Positions 40,001 to 51,198 of a DNA stretch of 64,000 bases are shown piece after piece. A model generated the notes under the pieces. It saw only the letters and a list, made by a program, of their open reading frames with translations. It did not search any database and was not told the origin of the DNA. Origin of the DNA: an uncultured SAR86 cluster bacterium (GTDB lineage Bacteria; Pseudomonadota; Gammaproteobacteria; Magnimaribacterales; D2472); assembly GCA_902631785.1 (NCBI GenBank), contig CACOZT010000004.1, positions 8,047 to 72,046 of the forward strand, given 5' to 3'. Positions within the stretch are counted from its first letter, which is position 1. Each line of letters opens with the position of its first letter. Position numbers and translations under genes: made by a program.

Positions 40001-41487
40001 CCTTTTGCCTTAGTTTTTTCTCTTTGCATCTTTAGCTCATCTTTTCTAGATGTCTCAAGATCCTCTAGGTAGTTTTCAATCAGAGGAGTAAAGTACTCTC
40101 CGGTGAAAATAGAGGTCTCAAATTCTTTAATTTCTGGATTTCCTTCACGAACAGAATCAATAAGATCTTCGAGTGTTTGATATATTAACCAGTCAGCATT
40201 AATTTCTTTTGCTACTTCATCATGATCTTTTTTGGAGGCAATTAATTCAGCAGTTGCCGGCATATCAATTCCATATAAATTTTGATATTTAATTGCAGGA
40301 GCAGCAGATGCGAAATAGACTTTTTTAGCTCCTGCCTCTCTTGCCATCTCAATTATTTTTTTGCTAGTTGTTCCTCTAACAATAGAGTCATCAACAAGTA
40401 AAACATTCTTACCATCAAACTCTAAATCAAGAATATTTAGTTTTCGTCTGACAGATTTTTTTCTTTCTTCTTGGTACGGCATAATAAATGTCCTTCCAAT
40501 ATATCTATTTTTAACAAAGCCCTCTCTATAAGGAACATTTAAATCAACAGCCAACTGATGGGCAGCAGTTACAGAACTATCAGGAATTGGAATAACAACA
40601 TCTATATCATGATCTGGTCTTGTTTTTTTAATTTGTCCAGCAAGTTTTGTTCCCATCCTCATTCTTGCCTTGTATACAGAAATCTCATCTATTTTTGAAT
40701 CCGGTCTTGAAAAATAAACATATTCGAATATACATGGTCTTTTTTGTGGATTATCTGAGCACTGCTGAGAAAAGAAATTACCTTTTTTATCAATAAAAAC
40801 TGCTTCGCCTGGATTTATATCTCTTACTTTTTCAAAACCAAGAGGTGTAAAGAGTGCATCTTCAGAAGATACAATATACTCATCTCTATTTTTTCCTTTT
40901 CTTATTCCAAGTGAGAGTGGTCTAATTCCATTATTATCTCTGAAAGCTAGCATCCCATAACCATTAATAAGAGCTATGACAGCATAAGCACCATCACATC
41001 TTATATGAGTCTTAGTTACTGCCTTAAAAATATGTTTTTCAGATGGATAAATTTCCCTTTGTTTACCAAGCTCATGTGCAAAAATATTTAATAACACTTC
41101 TGAATCGCTATCGGTTCTTAGATGCCTCATTTCTGCATGAAATAATTCACTACCTAACTGTTTTGAATTAGTAAGATTTCCGTTATGTGCAAGACTTATA
41201 CCATATGGAGAATTTACATACATCGGTTGAGCAAACTCTTTTCCAGCACCACCAGCAGTTGGATATCTCACATGCCCAATGCCATAATTCCCAGAAAGTT
41301 TATCCATATGTCTTTGTTGAAAAACATCACGAACATATCCCATTGATTTTCTTGAATTTAATTGATCATCACTGTTGCAGACAGAAATACCTGCAGCATC
41401 TTGCCCTCTATGCTGAAGCATTATAAGAGAATCATAGATTTCAGCAGCTACATCTGTTTCAGCAGAAATCCCAACTATTCCACACAT
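39997..41487 (-). CDS. purF: Amidophosphoribosyltransferase
   Basis: [26 protein letters not shown]. Confidence 0.98.
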   Translation of the reverse strand: MCGIVGISAETDVAAEIYDSLIMLQHRGQDAAGISVCNSDDQLNSRKSMGYVRDVFQQRHMDKLSGNYGIGHVRYPTAGGAGKEFAQPMYVNSPYGISLAHNGNLTNSKQLGSELFHAEMRHLRTDSDSEVLLNIFAHELGKQREIYPSEKHIFKAVTKTHIRCDGAYAVIALINGYGMLAFRDNNGIRPLSLGIRKGKNRDEYIVSSEDALFTPLGFEKVRDINPGEAVFIDKKGNFFSQQCSDNPQKRPCIFEYVYFSRPDSKIDEISVYKARMRMGTKLAGQIKKTRPDHDIDVVIPIPDSSVTAAHQLAVDLNVPYREGFVKNRYIGRTFIMPYQEERKKSVRRKLNILDLEFDGKNVLLVDDSIVRGTTSKKIIEMAREAGAKKVYFASAAPAIKYQNLYGIDMPATAELIASKKDHDEVAKEINADWLIYQTLEDLIDSVREGNPEIKEFETSIFTGEYFTPLIENYLEDLETSRKDELKMQREKTKAKG

Positions 41488-42071
41488 TAAGAGTCCCCAT
41501 CTTTTGTGTCATCATTAATTGGTTCCGGAACCACCTCTTGTTTTAAAGGTTCGATTATTTCCAGAGCCTCCTCCACAACATTTCTATTATCTATCAATTC
41601 TCTAAAATATGCTTCTATTTCTGGGGCATATTGTTGAATAATTGGTGTAATTTTTGAATTACTAATTAAGTCTGTTGTTTTCAAACCAGATGGAAGTAAT
41701 AAAAATATTACAAACAAAACTATCAAGCCCCTAATCAAACCAAAAACAACGCCGAGAAATCTATCAAACCCAGATGCACCTGACCATTTAATGAGTTTGC
41801 TTATAAATTTAATTACCATTCCGCCTATGAAGATGAAAATTATAAAGACAACAATATAAGAAATTATTTTTGAAATTTCTTCATTTCCAATAAATTCGTT
41901 AATCTTAGGTGTTGCGAGATATTCAAGACTGATTGCCGCTATAAATGCTGCCAACCATAAAAATAAAGACAAAAATTCTTTTGTAAATCCGCGAGCAAAT
42001 GAAATTATTCCAGAAGCTATTAAGACTATTAAAATAAACCAATCAGCAAGATTGAGTCCTAAAGCTTCCAT
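41487..42071 (-). CDS. cvpA: CvpA (colicin V production) family membrane protein
   Basis: RGFTKE, DRFLGVVFGLIRG; directly upstream of purF. Confidence 0.92.
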   Translation of the reverse strand: MEALGLNLADWFILIVLIASGIISFARGFTKEFLSLFLWLAAFIAAISLEYLATPKINEFIGNEEISKIISYIVVFIIFIFIGGMVIKFISKLIKWSGASGFDRFLGVVFGLIRGLIVLFVIFLLLPSGLKTTDLISNSKITPIIQQYAPEIEAYFRELIDNRNVVEEALEIIEPLKQEVVPEPINDDTKDGDS

Positions 42072-42469
42072 CTTGAAATTTCTCCATTATTTGATTCTGA
42101 TATTATTTTAATTAAATCCATATTGTTAACAATATCATCTTCTGATAAAAATGGTCCAACGTATATTGCGTATGAATTTCCTTTGTCTCCAAAAGACTCT
42201 ACAAAGGCAGGAAATCCTCCATTAACGATTTTTTCTTTCAATTTATTTGCATTTTCTTGTGAAGAAAGAACATGAGCTCTATATACAAAAAAATCAAAAT
42301 CTGACTCATTGAATTCTTTAAAATTGATTTCTTTATTTTGATCGGAAGCATTTGATTTAATGATTGTTTCACTTGAACCAAAATTAGATGTTTGTGGATA
42401 ATAATTAATTATAAAGAATGATAAGAGCGCTATTAAAAAAACTAGCCCTAATATTCTTTTTATAGTCAT
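42059..42469 (-). CDS. dedD: SPOR-domain cell division protein (DedD-like)
   Basis: N-terminal TM; ENANKL, YVGPF; position upstream of cvpA. Confidence 0.7.
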   Translation of the reverse strand: MTIKRILGLVFLIALLSFFIINYYPQTSNFGSSETIIKSNASDQNKEINFKEFNESDFDFFVYRAHVLSSQENANKLKEKIVNGGFPAFVESFGDKGNSYAIYVGPFLSEDDIVNNMDLIKIISESNNGEISRWKL

Positions 42470-43731
42470 TAAACTTTATATTTTTTCTTTAGAGATTCGA
42501 TCTCATTTGAAACTGGAACAATTTTATTTTTAAAAAATGTTTCATGATTTTCTTCAACCACTTTAAGATCATATAAATAATTTGCCATAACTCCATAAGA
42601 TTGTGTCATTCCCTTTTCAGACATATCTGCTTTGAGGTTTATTCTTTCGAGACTTGCTCCATTTCCGATATGAAATCTACTAACCGGATCATTTGGCATA
42701 CCATCAACTCTCTCAGAGTGAGTAAGATACTTAATTGCATTTTTAGTAAGCTCATCATCGCTACAGTTATTATCAGAACATCTTTCAAACGATATTGGTG
42801 AATATTCCTCCATCCATTTCATAAATCCTGGTAAAGGAGAAAGTGTCATAAATTGATTTAAATCTGGCAGTTCTCTCTTAAGGTTATTAGCAACTTTTTT
42901 AATTAAAAAATTCCCAAAAGAAATACCTAATAAGCCATTATGACAATTTGAGATAGAGTAAAAGATTGCTGTATTGGCGTTCTCTATTTCAATTTCTTGT
43001 CTATCAAGATTAATTATTTTTTGAATGGATTTTGGAATACCTGTTGTTAATGCAACTTCTACAAATATTAGAGGGTCATTTGGGATTAATGGATGAAAAA
43101 AAGCAAAACATTGTCTATCTATTGGGGCTAACCTAGCTCTTAAGTCATCCCAGGAGTTAATTTCATGAACTGCCTCATACTCAATTATTTTTTCAAGAAT
43201 ATTAGCAGGCGTCTCCCAATCAATTTTCTCCAAAACCAGAAAAGATGGATTAAACCAATATTTAAAAAGCTTCAATAATCCAGAATCAAATGCCCTTAAA
43301 TCTTCGTCATTCAATGATCTAATTCTTTCTCTAAGCTTAACTAATCTATATGTTCCATTTGATGTTGAATTTAGTCTTCTAAATAGTTCAATCCAGCCTG
43401 GTTCAGATGAAACTCTAACTTTTTCAAAATTTTCTTCATTTTTATTTGATGAATAATTTTTAACATCTTTTAAAAGTGTCTTAGTATCTATGTCGTAGTT
43501 TTTTAAAAGATCATTCAGAAACTTCTTTAATCCATTATCATCTAAATTTTCTATTAGGTTTAAAAGATGCTCTGCATAAACCAACGAAGATACCTCACCG
43601 GAAGTAGACATTACAGAATCAACAGCTTTATTGATGTTATTATGAAGTTTTCCAAAGCTTTTAGAGCCAAAACGATTCAAACGACGCGTTCCCTTCATTA
43701 CGGAAGTGAGTATGTTTTGAAAGAGACTCAT
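42469..43731 (-). CDS. Malonyl-CoA decarboxylase
   Basis: YEAVHEINSWDDLRARL, FYSISN..GL.GISFGNFLIK, TLSPLPGF, DPVSRFH..NGA, QSYGVMANY. Confidence 0.92.
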   Translation of the reverse strand: MSLFQNILTSVMKGTRRLNRFGSKSFGKLHNNINKAVDSVMSTSGEVSSLVYAEHLLNLIENLDDNGLKKFLNDLLKNYDIDTKTLLKDVKNYSSNKNEENFEKVRVSSEPGWIELFRRLNSTSNGTYRLVKLRERIRSLNDEDLRAFDSGLLKLFKYWFNPSFLVLEKIDWETPANILEKIIEYEAVHEINSWDDLRARLAPIDRQCFAFFHPLIPNDPLIFVEVALTTGIPKSIQKIINLDRQEIEIENANTAIFYSISNCHNGLLGISFGNFLIKKVANNLKRELPDLNQFMTLSPLPGFMKWMEEYSPISFERCSDNNCSDDELTKNAIKYLTHSERVDGMPNDPVSRFHIGNGASLERINLKADMSEKGMTQSYGVMANYLYDLKVVEENHETFFKNKIVPVSNEIESLKKKYKV

Positions 43732-44513
43732 GATATTGCCTTTTTAATATCAGTAATATATGTCCTTATTCTATCAAATTCTTTTGATTGAGAGCCTTCT
43801 TCAATCATTTGGACTATTGATGAACCAATTATCACACCATCTGAGTGTTGGGATAGTAATTTTGCGTCTTCAGGAGATTTTATTCCAAATCCAGCAAGAG
43901 TCGGAACCGAAGCATGTTTTTTTATTTCTTCAACGTTGTTGCTAATTTCATTTACATCCAAATTAGACGCTCCTGTGACTCCCCTTAAAGTTACATAATA
44001 TACAAATCCAGAGCTATTTTTTGCAATTGATTTTATTCTATCCTTTTTTGTTGTTGGCGAAATCAGTGAAATAGTATTTATATTTGGATTATAAACTCCA
44101 TAATCTCTCAGATTTAATTCGCCAGGAATATCAACCACAAGGACTGAGTCGATAACATTATTTTTGTTATCTTCAATTAAAGTTTTATTAAAGATAAATG
44201 TATTTAAATACCCCATGAGCACAAGAGGAGTCTTGTTATCATTCTCCCTATATTTTTGAGCCATTTCAAAAATTGACTTTAAAGTAACATTATTTTTTAG
44301 AGCACGATCATGAGCCTTTTGTATTATAGGGCCCTCTGCGATTGGATCTGTAAAAGGAACTCCAATTTCAATTATGTCTACACCAGAATCAACAAGCATC
44401 ATCATTAATTCTAAGGTTGTTTCTATGTCTGGATCGCCAGCAACGAGATAAGCTACAAGAGCCTTTTCACTTTTATTTTTTAGATTTTCTAAGGTATTAG
44501 TGAGTCTGTTCAA
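43728..44513 (-). CDS. trpA: Tryptophan synthase alpha chain
   Basis: [37 protein letters not shown]. Confidence 0.96.
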   Translation of the reverse strand: MNRLTNTLENLKNKSEKALVAYLVAGDPDIETTLELMMMLVDSGVDIIEIGVPFTDPIAEGPIIQKAHDRALKNNVTLKSIFEMAQKYRENDNKTPLVLMGYLNTFIFNKTLIEDNKNNVIDSVLVVDIPGELNLRDYGVYNPNINTISLISPTTKKDRIKSIAKNSSGFVYYVTLRGVTGASNLDVNEISNNVEEIKKHASVPTLAGFGIKSPEDAKLLSQHSDGVIIGSSIVQMIEEGSQSKEFDRIRTYITDIKKAIS

Positions 44514-45715
44514 ATCTTTATTCCATCTATATTTGCAACAGTATTAATGTCCTTGTCACCCCTTCCTGATACGTTAACGATTATATTTGAATTTTTATCG
44601 AACTCTTTCATTAAAATATCCAAGTATGCAAAAGCATGCGCTGTTTCGAGCGCAGGGATTATTCCCTCCAGTTCAGAAACGTCATGAAATGCTTTTAATG
44701 CGGCATCATCACTAACAGCAACATATTCAGCTCTTCCTGAATCTTTCAGCCAAGAATGTTCTGGTCCTACTCCCGGATAGTCTAATCCAGCAGAAACAGA
44801 TTTAGTGCCTTTAACTTGGCCACTATCATCTTGCATGAGATAGCTCAGAGCACCATGAAGAACTCCTGGTTTTCCATCATTTAAAGGAGCAGCATGTTCT
44901 CCAGTTTCTACACCTTCCCCACCAGCTTCAACACCGATAAGTCTTGTTTCATTAAATTTGATGAAAGGATAAAAGGCTCCCATTGCATTAGACCCACCTC
45001 CTACACATGCAACGATTGCATCTGGCATTGAATTAAATAATTCTTTTGACTGTGATATTAATTCTTCACCAACAACAGAATTAAAATCTCTTACAATCAT
45101 TGGATATGGATGAGGTCCTGTAACACTTCCAATAATATAATATGTGTCGTCAACATTTGTTACCCAATCTCTTAATGCTTCATTAAGAGCATCTTTTAAT
45201 GTAGCAGATCCAGAATCAACTGAATGAACCTGCGCTCCAAGGAGTTTAATTCTGTATACATTTAATGATTGTCTTTGAACGTCCTCAGAACCCATATAAA
45301 TATGGCACTCAAGGCCAAGTCTAGCAGCAACTGTAGCAGTGGCAACACCGTGCTGTCCTGCACCAGTTTCAGCAATAATCCTTTTCTTGCCCATATATTT
45401 TGCTAACAATATTTGTCCAATAGTATTATTAATTTTATGTGCGCCAGTATGATTAAGATCTTCTCTTTTTAACCATATAGAGCCTGTACCATAATGCTTA
45501 GTTAGTCTTTCAGCAAAATATAAAGGAGATGGCCTTCCAACAAATTCTGAAAGATCTTTATAAAATTGTTTTTTGAATTCGTTATTGTTTTTTAATTTTT
45601 CGTAAGTGGTTTCAAGTTCCTCTAAGGCATACATAAGTGTTTCTGGAACAAACTTTCCACCATATTCTCCAAAAAAACCATTCTTATCTGGTAAATTAAT
45701 ATTGTCTGATTTCAT
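44510..45715 (-). CDS. trpB: Tryptophan synthase beta chain
   Basis: [35 protein letters not shown]. Confidence 0.98.
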   Translation of the reverse strand: MKSDNINLPDKNGFFGEYGGKFVPETLMYALEELETTYEKLKNNNEFKKQFYKDLSEFVGRPSPLYFAERLTKHYGTGSIWLKREDLNHTGAHKINNTIGQILLAKYMGKKRIIAETGAGQHGVATATVAARLGLECHIYMGSEDVQRQSLNVYRIKLLGAQVHSVDSGSATLKDALNEALRDWVTNVDDTYYIIGSVTGPHPYPMIVRDFNSVVGEELISQSKELFNSMPDAIVACVGGGSNAMGAFYPFIKFNETRLIGVEAGGEGVETGEHAAPLNDGKPGVLHGALSYLMQDDSGQVKGTKSVSAGLDYPGVGPEHSWLKDSGRAEYVAVSDDAALKAFHDVSELEGIIPALETAHAFAYLDILMKEFDKNSNIIVNVSGRGDKDINTVANIDGIKI

Positions 45716-45718
45716 ATC

Positions 45719-46330
45719 CTAAATTTTGTTTAACAATTTTTTAATTAAATTTATGTTTTTTATTCCAGGTGAGGATTCAACTCCTGAATTTATATCAAGA
45801 CACCAAGGATTAATATCTTTAGCATTATCAACATTTTCACAATTAATTCCACCAGATAGGATGAATTTTGTATCTAAATCTTTGATGTTGTTTATTAAAT
45901 TCCAATCAAATGACTCGCCTGTTCCGCCTGGCGTATCTTTTTTATAATTTTCAAACAAAATTCCAGATGCATTTTTATATTTATAAACTTCATCTATATT
46001 AATTTTGTTCTTTATTCTTAACACTTTCCAAAATTCATTTTTAAAAGAATCACAAAACTCATTTGTTTCATTGCCATGAAACTGAAAGATAGGATTTTGA
46101 AAATATGACGAAGTTTTTTCAATAAAATTCCTTTCAGAATTTACATATACACATACAGGTCTTTTATCGTTAAATTGAAGTCCTTTAATTTTTTCAAGAA
46201 GTTCTAGAGAAACATTTCTGATGCTTTTCTCATAAAAAATAAAACCAAGGAAATCGATACCATCAAGATCAAGAAGTTCATTTAGAACATCGAAATCATT
46301 TATTCCACATATTTTAATTAAGGGTTTCAT
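45719..46330 (-). CDS. trpF: Phosphoribosylanthranilate isomerase
   Basis: Start reassigned to 46330; IKICGI, QFHGNE, GGTGESFDW, LSGGI, DINSGVE. Confidence 0.93.
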   Translation of the reverse strand: MKPLIKICGINDFDVLNELLDLDGIDFLGFIFYEKSIRNVSLELLEKIKGLQFNDKRPVCVYVNSERNFIEKTSSYFQNPIFQFHGNETNEFCDSFKNEFWKVLRIKNKINIDEVYKYKNASGILFENYKKDTPGGTGESFDWNLINNIKDLDTKFILSGGINCENVDNAKDINPWCLDINSGVESSPGIKNINLIKKLLNKI

Positions 46331-47114
46331 TTGTTTTATATCGATCAAAGATGTCCTTCTCACAAGTATTTATATTAAATTCATCTGGATATCTTGGACC
46401 AAGAAAGAATAGACCTGATGCTGGAGCAGTTTTACCAGCAAAACTCCTGTCTTTCTTTTCTAAAATATCTCGGATGCTCATATTGTTTTCTTTTTTTGCA
46501 ATATCAACCAAAGTTCCAACCATAATTCTTACCATATTGTGTAAAAAGGCATTTGCAATAACAGTAATTATTATAAAATCATTGAAGGTTCTAAGTTCGA
46601 TATCTTTTATTGTTTTTATAGGATTTTTTGAATTGCAACTTGAACTTCTAAATGAGCTAAAGTCATTCTTGCCCTCAAATGATTTCATTTCTCTTTTCAT
46701 TAGCTGGATATCAAGATTATTTCTTATCCAAAAAGTATGTCTGTCTATGAATAATGGCTTATTTGGGGAGTTATATATCACATAAGAATATTTTCTTTCA
46801 ATTGCAGAAAACCTTGAGTTAAAAGTATCAGGTACATTGAAAATATCTTTAACTGAAATTGTTGAAGGTAGGTTGGAATTTATGCCATTAATCCAATCTT
46901 TATTACTTCTTTCAATATTTGTTTCAAAATCACAAACTTGAGATAAAGCATGAACTCCAGCATCAGTCCTTCCAGAATAAGTTAGCCTATTATCCTCATT
47001 AGTAATTTTTCTTAATGCATCTTCTATATTATCTTGAATTGTTGGAGCATTTTTTTGACTTTGGAATCCTGAAAAGTCAGTGCCATCATATTCTATGCTA
47101 AATGCTAACCTCAC
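46314..47114 (-). CDS. truA: tRNA pseudouridine(38-40) synthase
   Basis: YDGTDFSGFQ, GRTDAGVHA, AFLHNMVR. Confidence 0.96.
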   Translation of the reverse strand: MRLAFSIEYDGTDFSGFQSQKNAPTIQDNIEDALRKITNEDNRLTYSGRTDAGVHALSQVCDFETNIERSNKDWINGINSNLPSTISVKDIFNVPDTFNSRFSAIERKYSYVIYNSPNKPLFIDRHTFWIRNNLDIQLMKREMKSFEGKNDFSSFRSSSCNSKNPIKTIKDIELRTFNDFIIITVIANAFLHNMVRIMVGTLVDIAKKENNMSIRDILEKKDRSFAGKTAPASGLFFLGPRYPDEFNINTCEKDIFDRYKTNETLN

Positions 47115-48481
47115 AATAGATTTACTTTTTCAAGAAGTTCTTCAGAAACTTGTCTAATTTCATTATTTTTAGTTGTTTGAATTAAATTTTTTAAAAGTGC
47201 TTCTGCGTTTTCTTTGTCACTCATTTCATAATATGTTACTGCTAAATCAAACTGTTGCTGATCTATATCATTTTTAATGCTCAGATCAGAAGGTAAGGAA
47301 GATAGTGTTGATTTATAATCAGAAGCTTCTTCAAAATCATATTCAATTTCTTTTGATGCCCTCATATTTCTAATCTGAATAAAAATTAACGCAAGTAAGA
47401 CTCCTGAAGCTAGTGATATAAGGGAGATAAAAATTAAATCTAATGTCTGAAATTTATTGTCTACTTCTGTGATTGTTTGTTTTAATTCTGAAAGTTCTTC
47501 AAGAATTTCGTTTTCAACTTCTAAACTTATTTGTTTTGTATTCTGTTCAATAAGACTCTCAGGGTCTAAGGTATTGTCAAAATCAATTTGATTTTGATCT
47601 TCATTTTTTAATTCAATTTCTCTGCTATCACTTATTTCTTCAACTACGATAGGTGCAGGTGCTGTAAGAACTAAAAGAGATTTTGTGGCAGATTGAAAAC
47701 TGCTTGCAAATGATTTATTCATATCCAGAATTGATTCTTTGGCTATTTGGAATGAGGTATTTTCAATATCAACAAGTGTTGGAATTAATATATCAAGATC
47801 TGTTCTAATTAAATTTATATTATCGTCTATAAAAGCCTTTCTATTTCCAAGATAAATTGACCACATTACTTGATAAATAGAAATATTTTCATTTTGGCCT
47901 TTTAATTTTTCAGCCATACTCCAAACCGTTGTAATATCAGAAGCTTTGAAAATATCATTCTTTTGAATTTCAGGTTCAACCTTTATAGGTTCATTTAAAA
48001 CTATATTTTCCTCTATAACTTCCTTTTTAATTTCAGGCTCAACCATTTCAGGTTCATTTGAAACTATATTTTCTTCTTTAGTGTCTGATAAGATTCTTTT
48101 TGGTTCGAGTGATTTCAAAGTAAATGTGTTTCTAATTTTTGAAGGCAAGTATATAAAAATATCTTTTGCAAAATCGTCTTTAATTAAAATCTTGAAACGG
48201 AAGTAATCCTCTAAATATTCGTCGTCTAAAACAATAGTAAATGTTTGGTAATCTCCAAAATCATTTATTAACGTATATGCAATAAATGTTTCGTTTAAAG
48301 GATTATCTGTTTTGTACTCATTTAATGTGATATCGCCGTCTCTGATAGTTTCGTTTTGTATTCGAAACTCTATTATCCTTTGATCTTGAGCATTAACTTT
48401 TACCTTAGGCGAAGAAAGAAATACGTCTGCAACAATATTAGAGGAATATAGAAAAGATAATAAAAAAATATATCTCAACAT
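47111..48481 (-). CDS. fimV: FimV/HubP-like polar landmark protein (divergent)
   Basis: Between asd and truA; LysM-like TVWSMA...N.KAF..NIN, TM segment, C-terminal FDLAVTYYEMSDKENA. Confidence 0.72.
   Translation of the reverse strand: MLRYIFLLSFLYSSNIVADVFLSSPKVKVNAQDQRIIEFRIQNETIRDGDITLNEYKTDNPLNETFIAYTLINDFGDYQTFTIVLDDEYLEDYFRFKILIKDDFAKDIFIYLPSKIRNTFTLKSLEPKRILSDTKEENIVSNEPEMVEPEIKKEVIEENIVLNEPIKVEPEIQKNDIFKASDITTVWSMAEKLKGQNENISIYQVMWSIYLGNRKAFIDDNINLIRTDLDILIPTLVDIENTSFQIAKESILDMNKSFASSFQSATKSLLVLTAPAPIVVEEISDSREIELKNEDQNQIDFDNTLDPESLIEQNTKQISLEVENEILEELSELKQTITEVDNKFQTLDLIFISLISLASGVLLALIFIQIRNMRASKEIEYDFEEASDYKSTLSSLPSDLSIKNDIDQQQFDLAVTYYEMSDKENAEALLKNLIQTTKNNEIRQVSEELLEKVNLL
47966..48077. 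repeat. 63-bp-period in-frame tandem duplication within fimV
   Basis: 47966..48014 and 48029..48077 match at 43/49; encode EENIVxNEPxxVEPEI twice. Confidence 0.85.
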
Positions 48482-49491
48482 AATTTGTTTTTTTGAACTA
48501 ATGTTTCAAGAATTTGGACAGTATTTAATGCTGCGCCCTTACCATAAACATTATCAGCAACTATCCACATTGAGGTCCAATTTTCATTATTAATAGTTTG
48601 ACATCTTATCCTTCCAACAAACACTTCCTCGGTATCATTCGCATTTTCAAGAGGAGTTGGATATTCAAGAGACTTTGGATTATCTAGTACCTTAATTCCA
48701 GCAGAGTTATTCAATAATTCAATTATCTGCTCCCGTGAAGTATCTTTCTTTGTTCTAAAAAATACTGCCTCTGAGTGGCCATTTATTACTGGGACTCTAA
48801 CGCACGTAGCTTGAACTTCAATATTATTATCAAGAATTTTTTTTGTTTCCCAAACAAGTTTCATTTCTTCTTTAGTAAAGTCATTCTCTAAAAAGACATC
48901 GCAATGAGGAATAACATTAAATGCAATCTTCTTGGGATAAACCTCTTGATTAGTGGAATCATCTTTTATTTGATTGCGAAGCTCTTGAACTGCATGCTTG
49001 CCTGTTCCAGATACTGCTTGGTATGTAGCAATGTTTAAAATATCTATCTCTAGTTCTTCATGAATTGGACTTATCGCCATTAGAAGTTGAGATGTGGAGC
49101 AGTTTGGATTGGCTATCAAAGATGGAGCATCTAAAGAATTGATCTTATCTCCATTTATTTCTGGAATTATCAGAGGTATATCTTCCTCATATCTAAACTT
49201 GGATGATAAATCTATTACAAAAGCTCCGGCTTTAACAAAATCTTTTGCATATTCTTCTGCAACTTTTGATCCTGCAGAAAAAATAGCCAAATTTACTTTA
49301 GAACAATCAAAATTAGCCATGTCCTCGATAAGATATGTATTATTATTTAAGACGATTTCATCTCCTACAGAAGATGATCCTAAAGGATAGAAGTTATTTA
49401 TCTCAATATTTTTATTTTCTAATAAAGAAATAATTTTCTTTCCGACAACTCCTGATGCTCCAACTAATGCTAAATTTATTAAATTACTCAT
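48475..49491 (-). CDS. asd: Aspartate-semialdehyde dehydrogenase
   Basis: Start reassigned to 49491; VGASGVVG, ANPNCST, YQAVSG, CVRVPV..GH. Confidence 0.96.
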   Translation of the reverse strand: MSNLINLALVGASGVVGKKIISLLENKNIEINNFYPLGSSSVGDEIVLNNNTYLIEDMANFDCSKVNLAIFSAGSKVAEEYAKDFVKAGAFVIDLSSKFRYEEDIPLIIPEINGDKINSLDAPSLIANPNCSTSQLLMAISPIHEELEIDILNIATYQAVSGTGKHAVQELRNQIKDDSTNQEVYPKKIAFNVIPHCDVFLENDFTKEEMKLVWETKKILDNNIEVQATCVRVPVINGHSEAVFFRTKKDTSREQIIELLNNSAGIKVLDNPKSLEYPTPLENANDTEEVFVGRIRCQTINNENWTSMWIVADNVYGKGAALNTVQILETLVQKNKLC

Positions 49492-50560
49492 TTTCAAGAA
49501 TCTCAATAATTTTTTCAGCAACCTCAGATGTATTAAGATAATTTTCGTCACTTGCTATATCTTTTGTTCTGAAGCCCTGATTTATAAATTTTTTAATAGC
49601 GATATCAATTTTATTTGCAACAGTTTCCTCTTCAAGTGAATATCGCAATGCCATTGATAAAGACCCTATCATTGCTAGTGGATTTGCTATGTTTTGGCCA
49701 GCAATATCAGGTGCGCTTCCATGACATGGCTCATACATGCCCTTAAATGAGCTATCAAGTGAAGCTGATGGAAGCATGCCAATTGATCCAGTTAATGTCG
49801 CAGCAATATCAGACAGAATATCTCCGAATAAATTGCTAGCTACAATTACATCAAATTGATTTGGATTTAGAACAAGTTGCATTGCAGCATTATCTGCAAG
49901 TTGATGTGAAAGCTCAACATCAGGATATTCAGCTGACATTTCTGTAACAATTGATCTCCAGAATTTCGAAACCTCCAAGACATTTGCTTTTTCTACTGAA
50001 CACAACCTACCTTTTCTTTTTTGTGCTGATTCAAAAGCTACTTTTGCAATCCTGGTGATCTCGTCTTCATTATAAATCATTGTATTAAATGCATAACTAG
50101 GCGTCTGATCATCAATAACTCCTCTTGGCTCACCGAAATATATCCCGCCAGTTAGCTCTCTAACAATCAATATATCCAGGCCCTCAATAATTTCTTCTTT
50201 CAATGGTGATGCATTCGATAATTCATTAAATAAAAAGGCGGGTCTTAGATTTGCAAACAGGTTTAGTTCCTTTCTCAATGTTAGCAATGCATTCTCGGGT
50301 CTATCCTCCCAGTTCAAGTCATCCCATTGTGGAGCTCCAACAGCTCCAAACAGAATAGCATCTGCTTCCATAGCAGCTGCTAATACATTACCTGGAATTG
50401 GTGAACCGAATTTCTCGTATGCGGTTCCGCCAACATCAAGAGTATTTATTGAAAAATTTAAATTAAATTTTTTGACAATAAAATCAAGGATTTGCATTGC
50501 AGATTTGGTAACCTCTTGTCCAATCCCATCACCAGGCAGAACTAGTATTTTCTTGCTCAT
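49484..50560 (-). CDS. leuB: 3-isopropylmalate dehydrogenase
   Basis: GDGIGQE, NLRP, RELTGGIYFG, NLFGDILSD, EPCHGSAPDIAG; ATGA overlap with leuD. Confidence 0.97.
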   Translation of the reverse strand: MSKKILVLPGDGIGQEVTKSAMQILDFIVKKFNLNFSINTLDVGGTAYEKFGSPIPGNVLAAAMEADAILFGAVGAPQWDDLNWEDRPENALLTLRKELNLFANLRPAFLFNELSNASPLKEEIIEGLDILIVRELTGGIYFGEPRGVIDDQTPSYAFNTMIYNEDEITRIAKVAFESAQKRKGRLCSVEKANVLEVSKFWRSIVTEMSAEYPDVELSHQLADNAAMQLVLNPNQFDVIVASNLFGDILSDIAATLTGSIGMLPSASLDSSFKGMYEPCHGSAPDIAGQNIANPLAMIGSLSMALRYSLEEETVANKIDIAIKKFINQGFRTKDIASDENYLNTSEVAEKIIEILENE

Positions 50561-51198
50561 TTGAATATCCAAGGCCTTTCTTGAATTCTGATTTTTTCAA
50601 AATCAAAGATTTTATCTTTTTCTTGCAAAGTTATGTCAACATCATCTAATCCATAAATAATTCTATCTATTAGATGCTTTTCAACATGAAAGGGAATATT
50701 TTTATCTCCATAACTTATAACTTTGTTTTGTAAATTTATTGTAAGTTCAAGAACTTTTTTCTGAGTTTGATTAAAAAGGAATTCTATTTCGCTTTTAGCT
50801 AACTTGATTGGCAGAACACCATTTTTAAAAGAATTGTTATAAAAGATATCACCAAAAGAAGATGCTATTACTGCTTTAATACCAAAATCTCTAAGTGCCC
50901 ACACAGCATGCTCTCTTGATGAACCACAACCAAAATTATCCCTAGCTAAAAGTATTTTTGATTCATTAAATGGTTTTTTGTTGAGTATAAAGCTTTCATC
51001 AATATCTCTTTCTTCTTTTGTTATTCCAAGTTTCCCATCATCTTTATACCTCCAGCCATCAAAAAGGTAATCCTCAAATCCAAACTTTTTAATGGATTTT
51101 AAATATTCTGTAGGGATGATTTGATCAGTATCAATATTATCTCTATCAATAAATGCAGCTATACCATCTATTATTAATCCTTCACTATTGGATTTCAT
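50557..51198 (-). CDS. leuD: 3-isopropylmalate dehydratase small subunit
   Basis: [28 protein letters not shown]. Confidence 0.97.
   Translation of the reverse strand: MKSNSEGLIIDGIAAFIDRDNIDTDQIIPTEYLKSIKKFGFEDYLFDGWRYKDDGKLGITKEERDIDESFILNKKPFNESKILLARDNFGCGSSREHAVWALRDFGIKAVIASSFGDIFYNNSFKNGVLPIKLAKSEIEFLFNQTQKKVLELTINLQNKVISYGDKNIPFHVEKHLIDRIIYGLDDVDITLQEKDKIFDFEKIRIQERPWIFK

Noticed and set aside
41487-42071. cvpA as evidence for bacteriocin production
   Set aside because: Widely conserved housekeeping membrane gene in the purF operon
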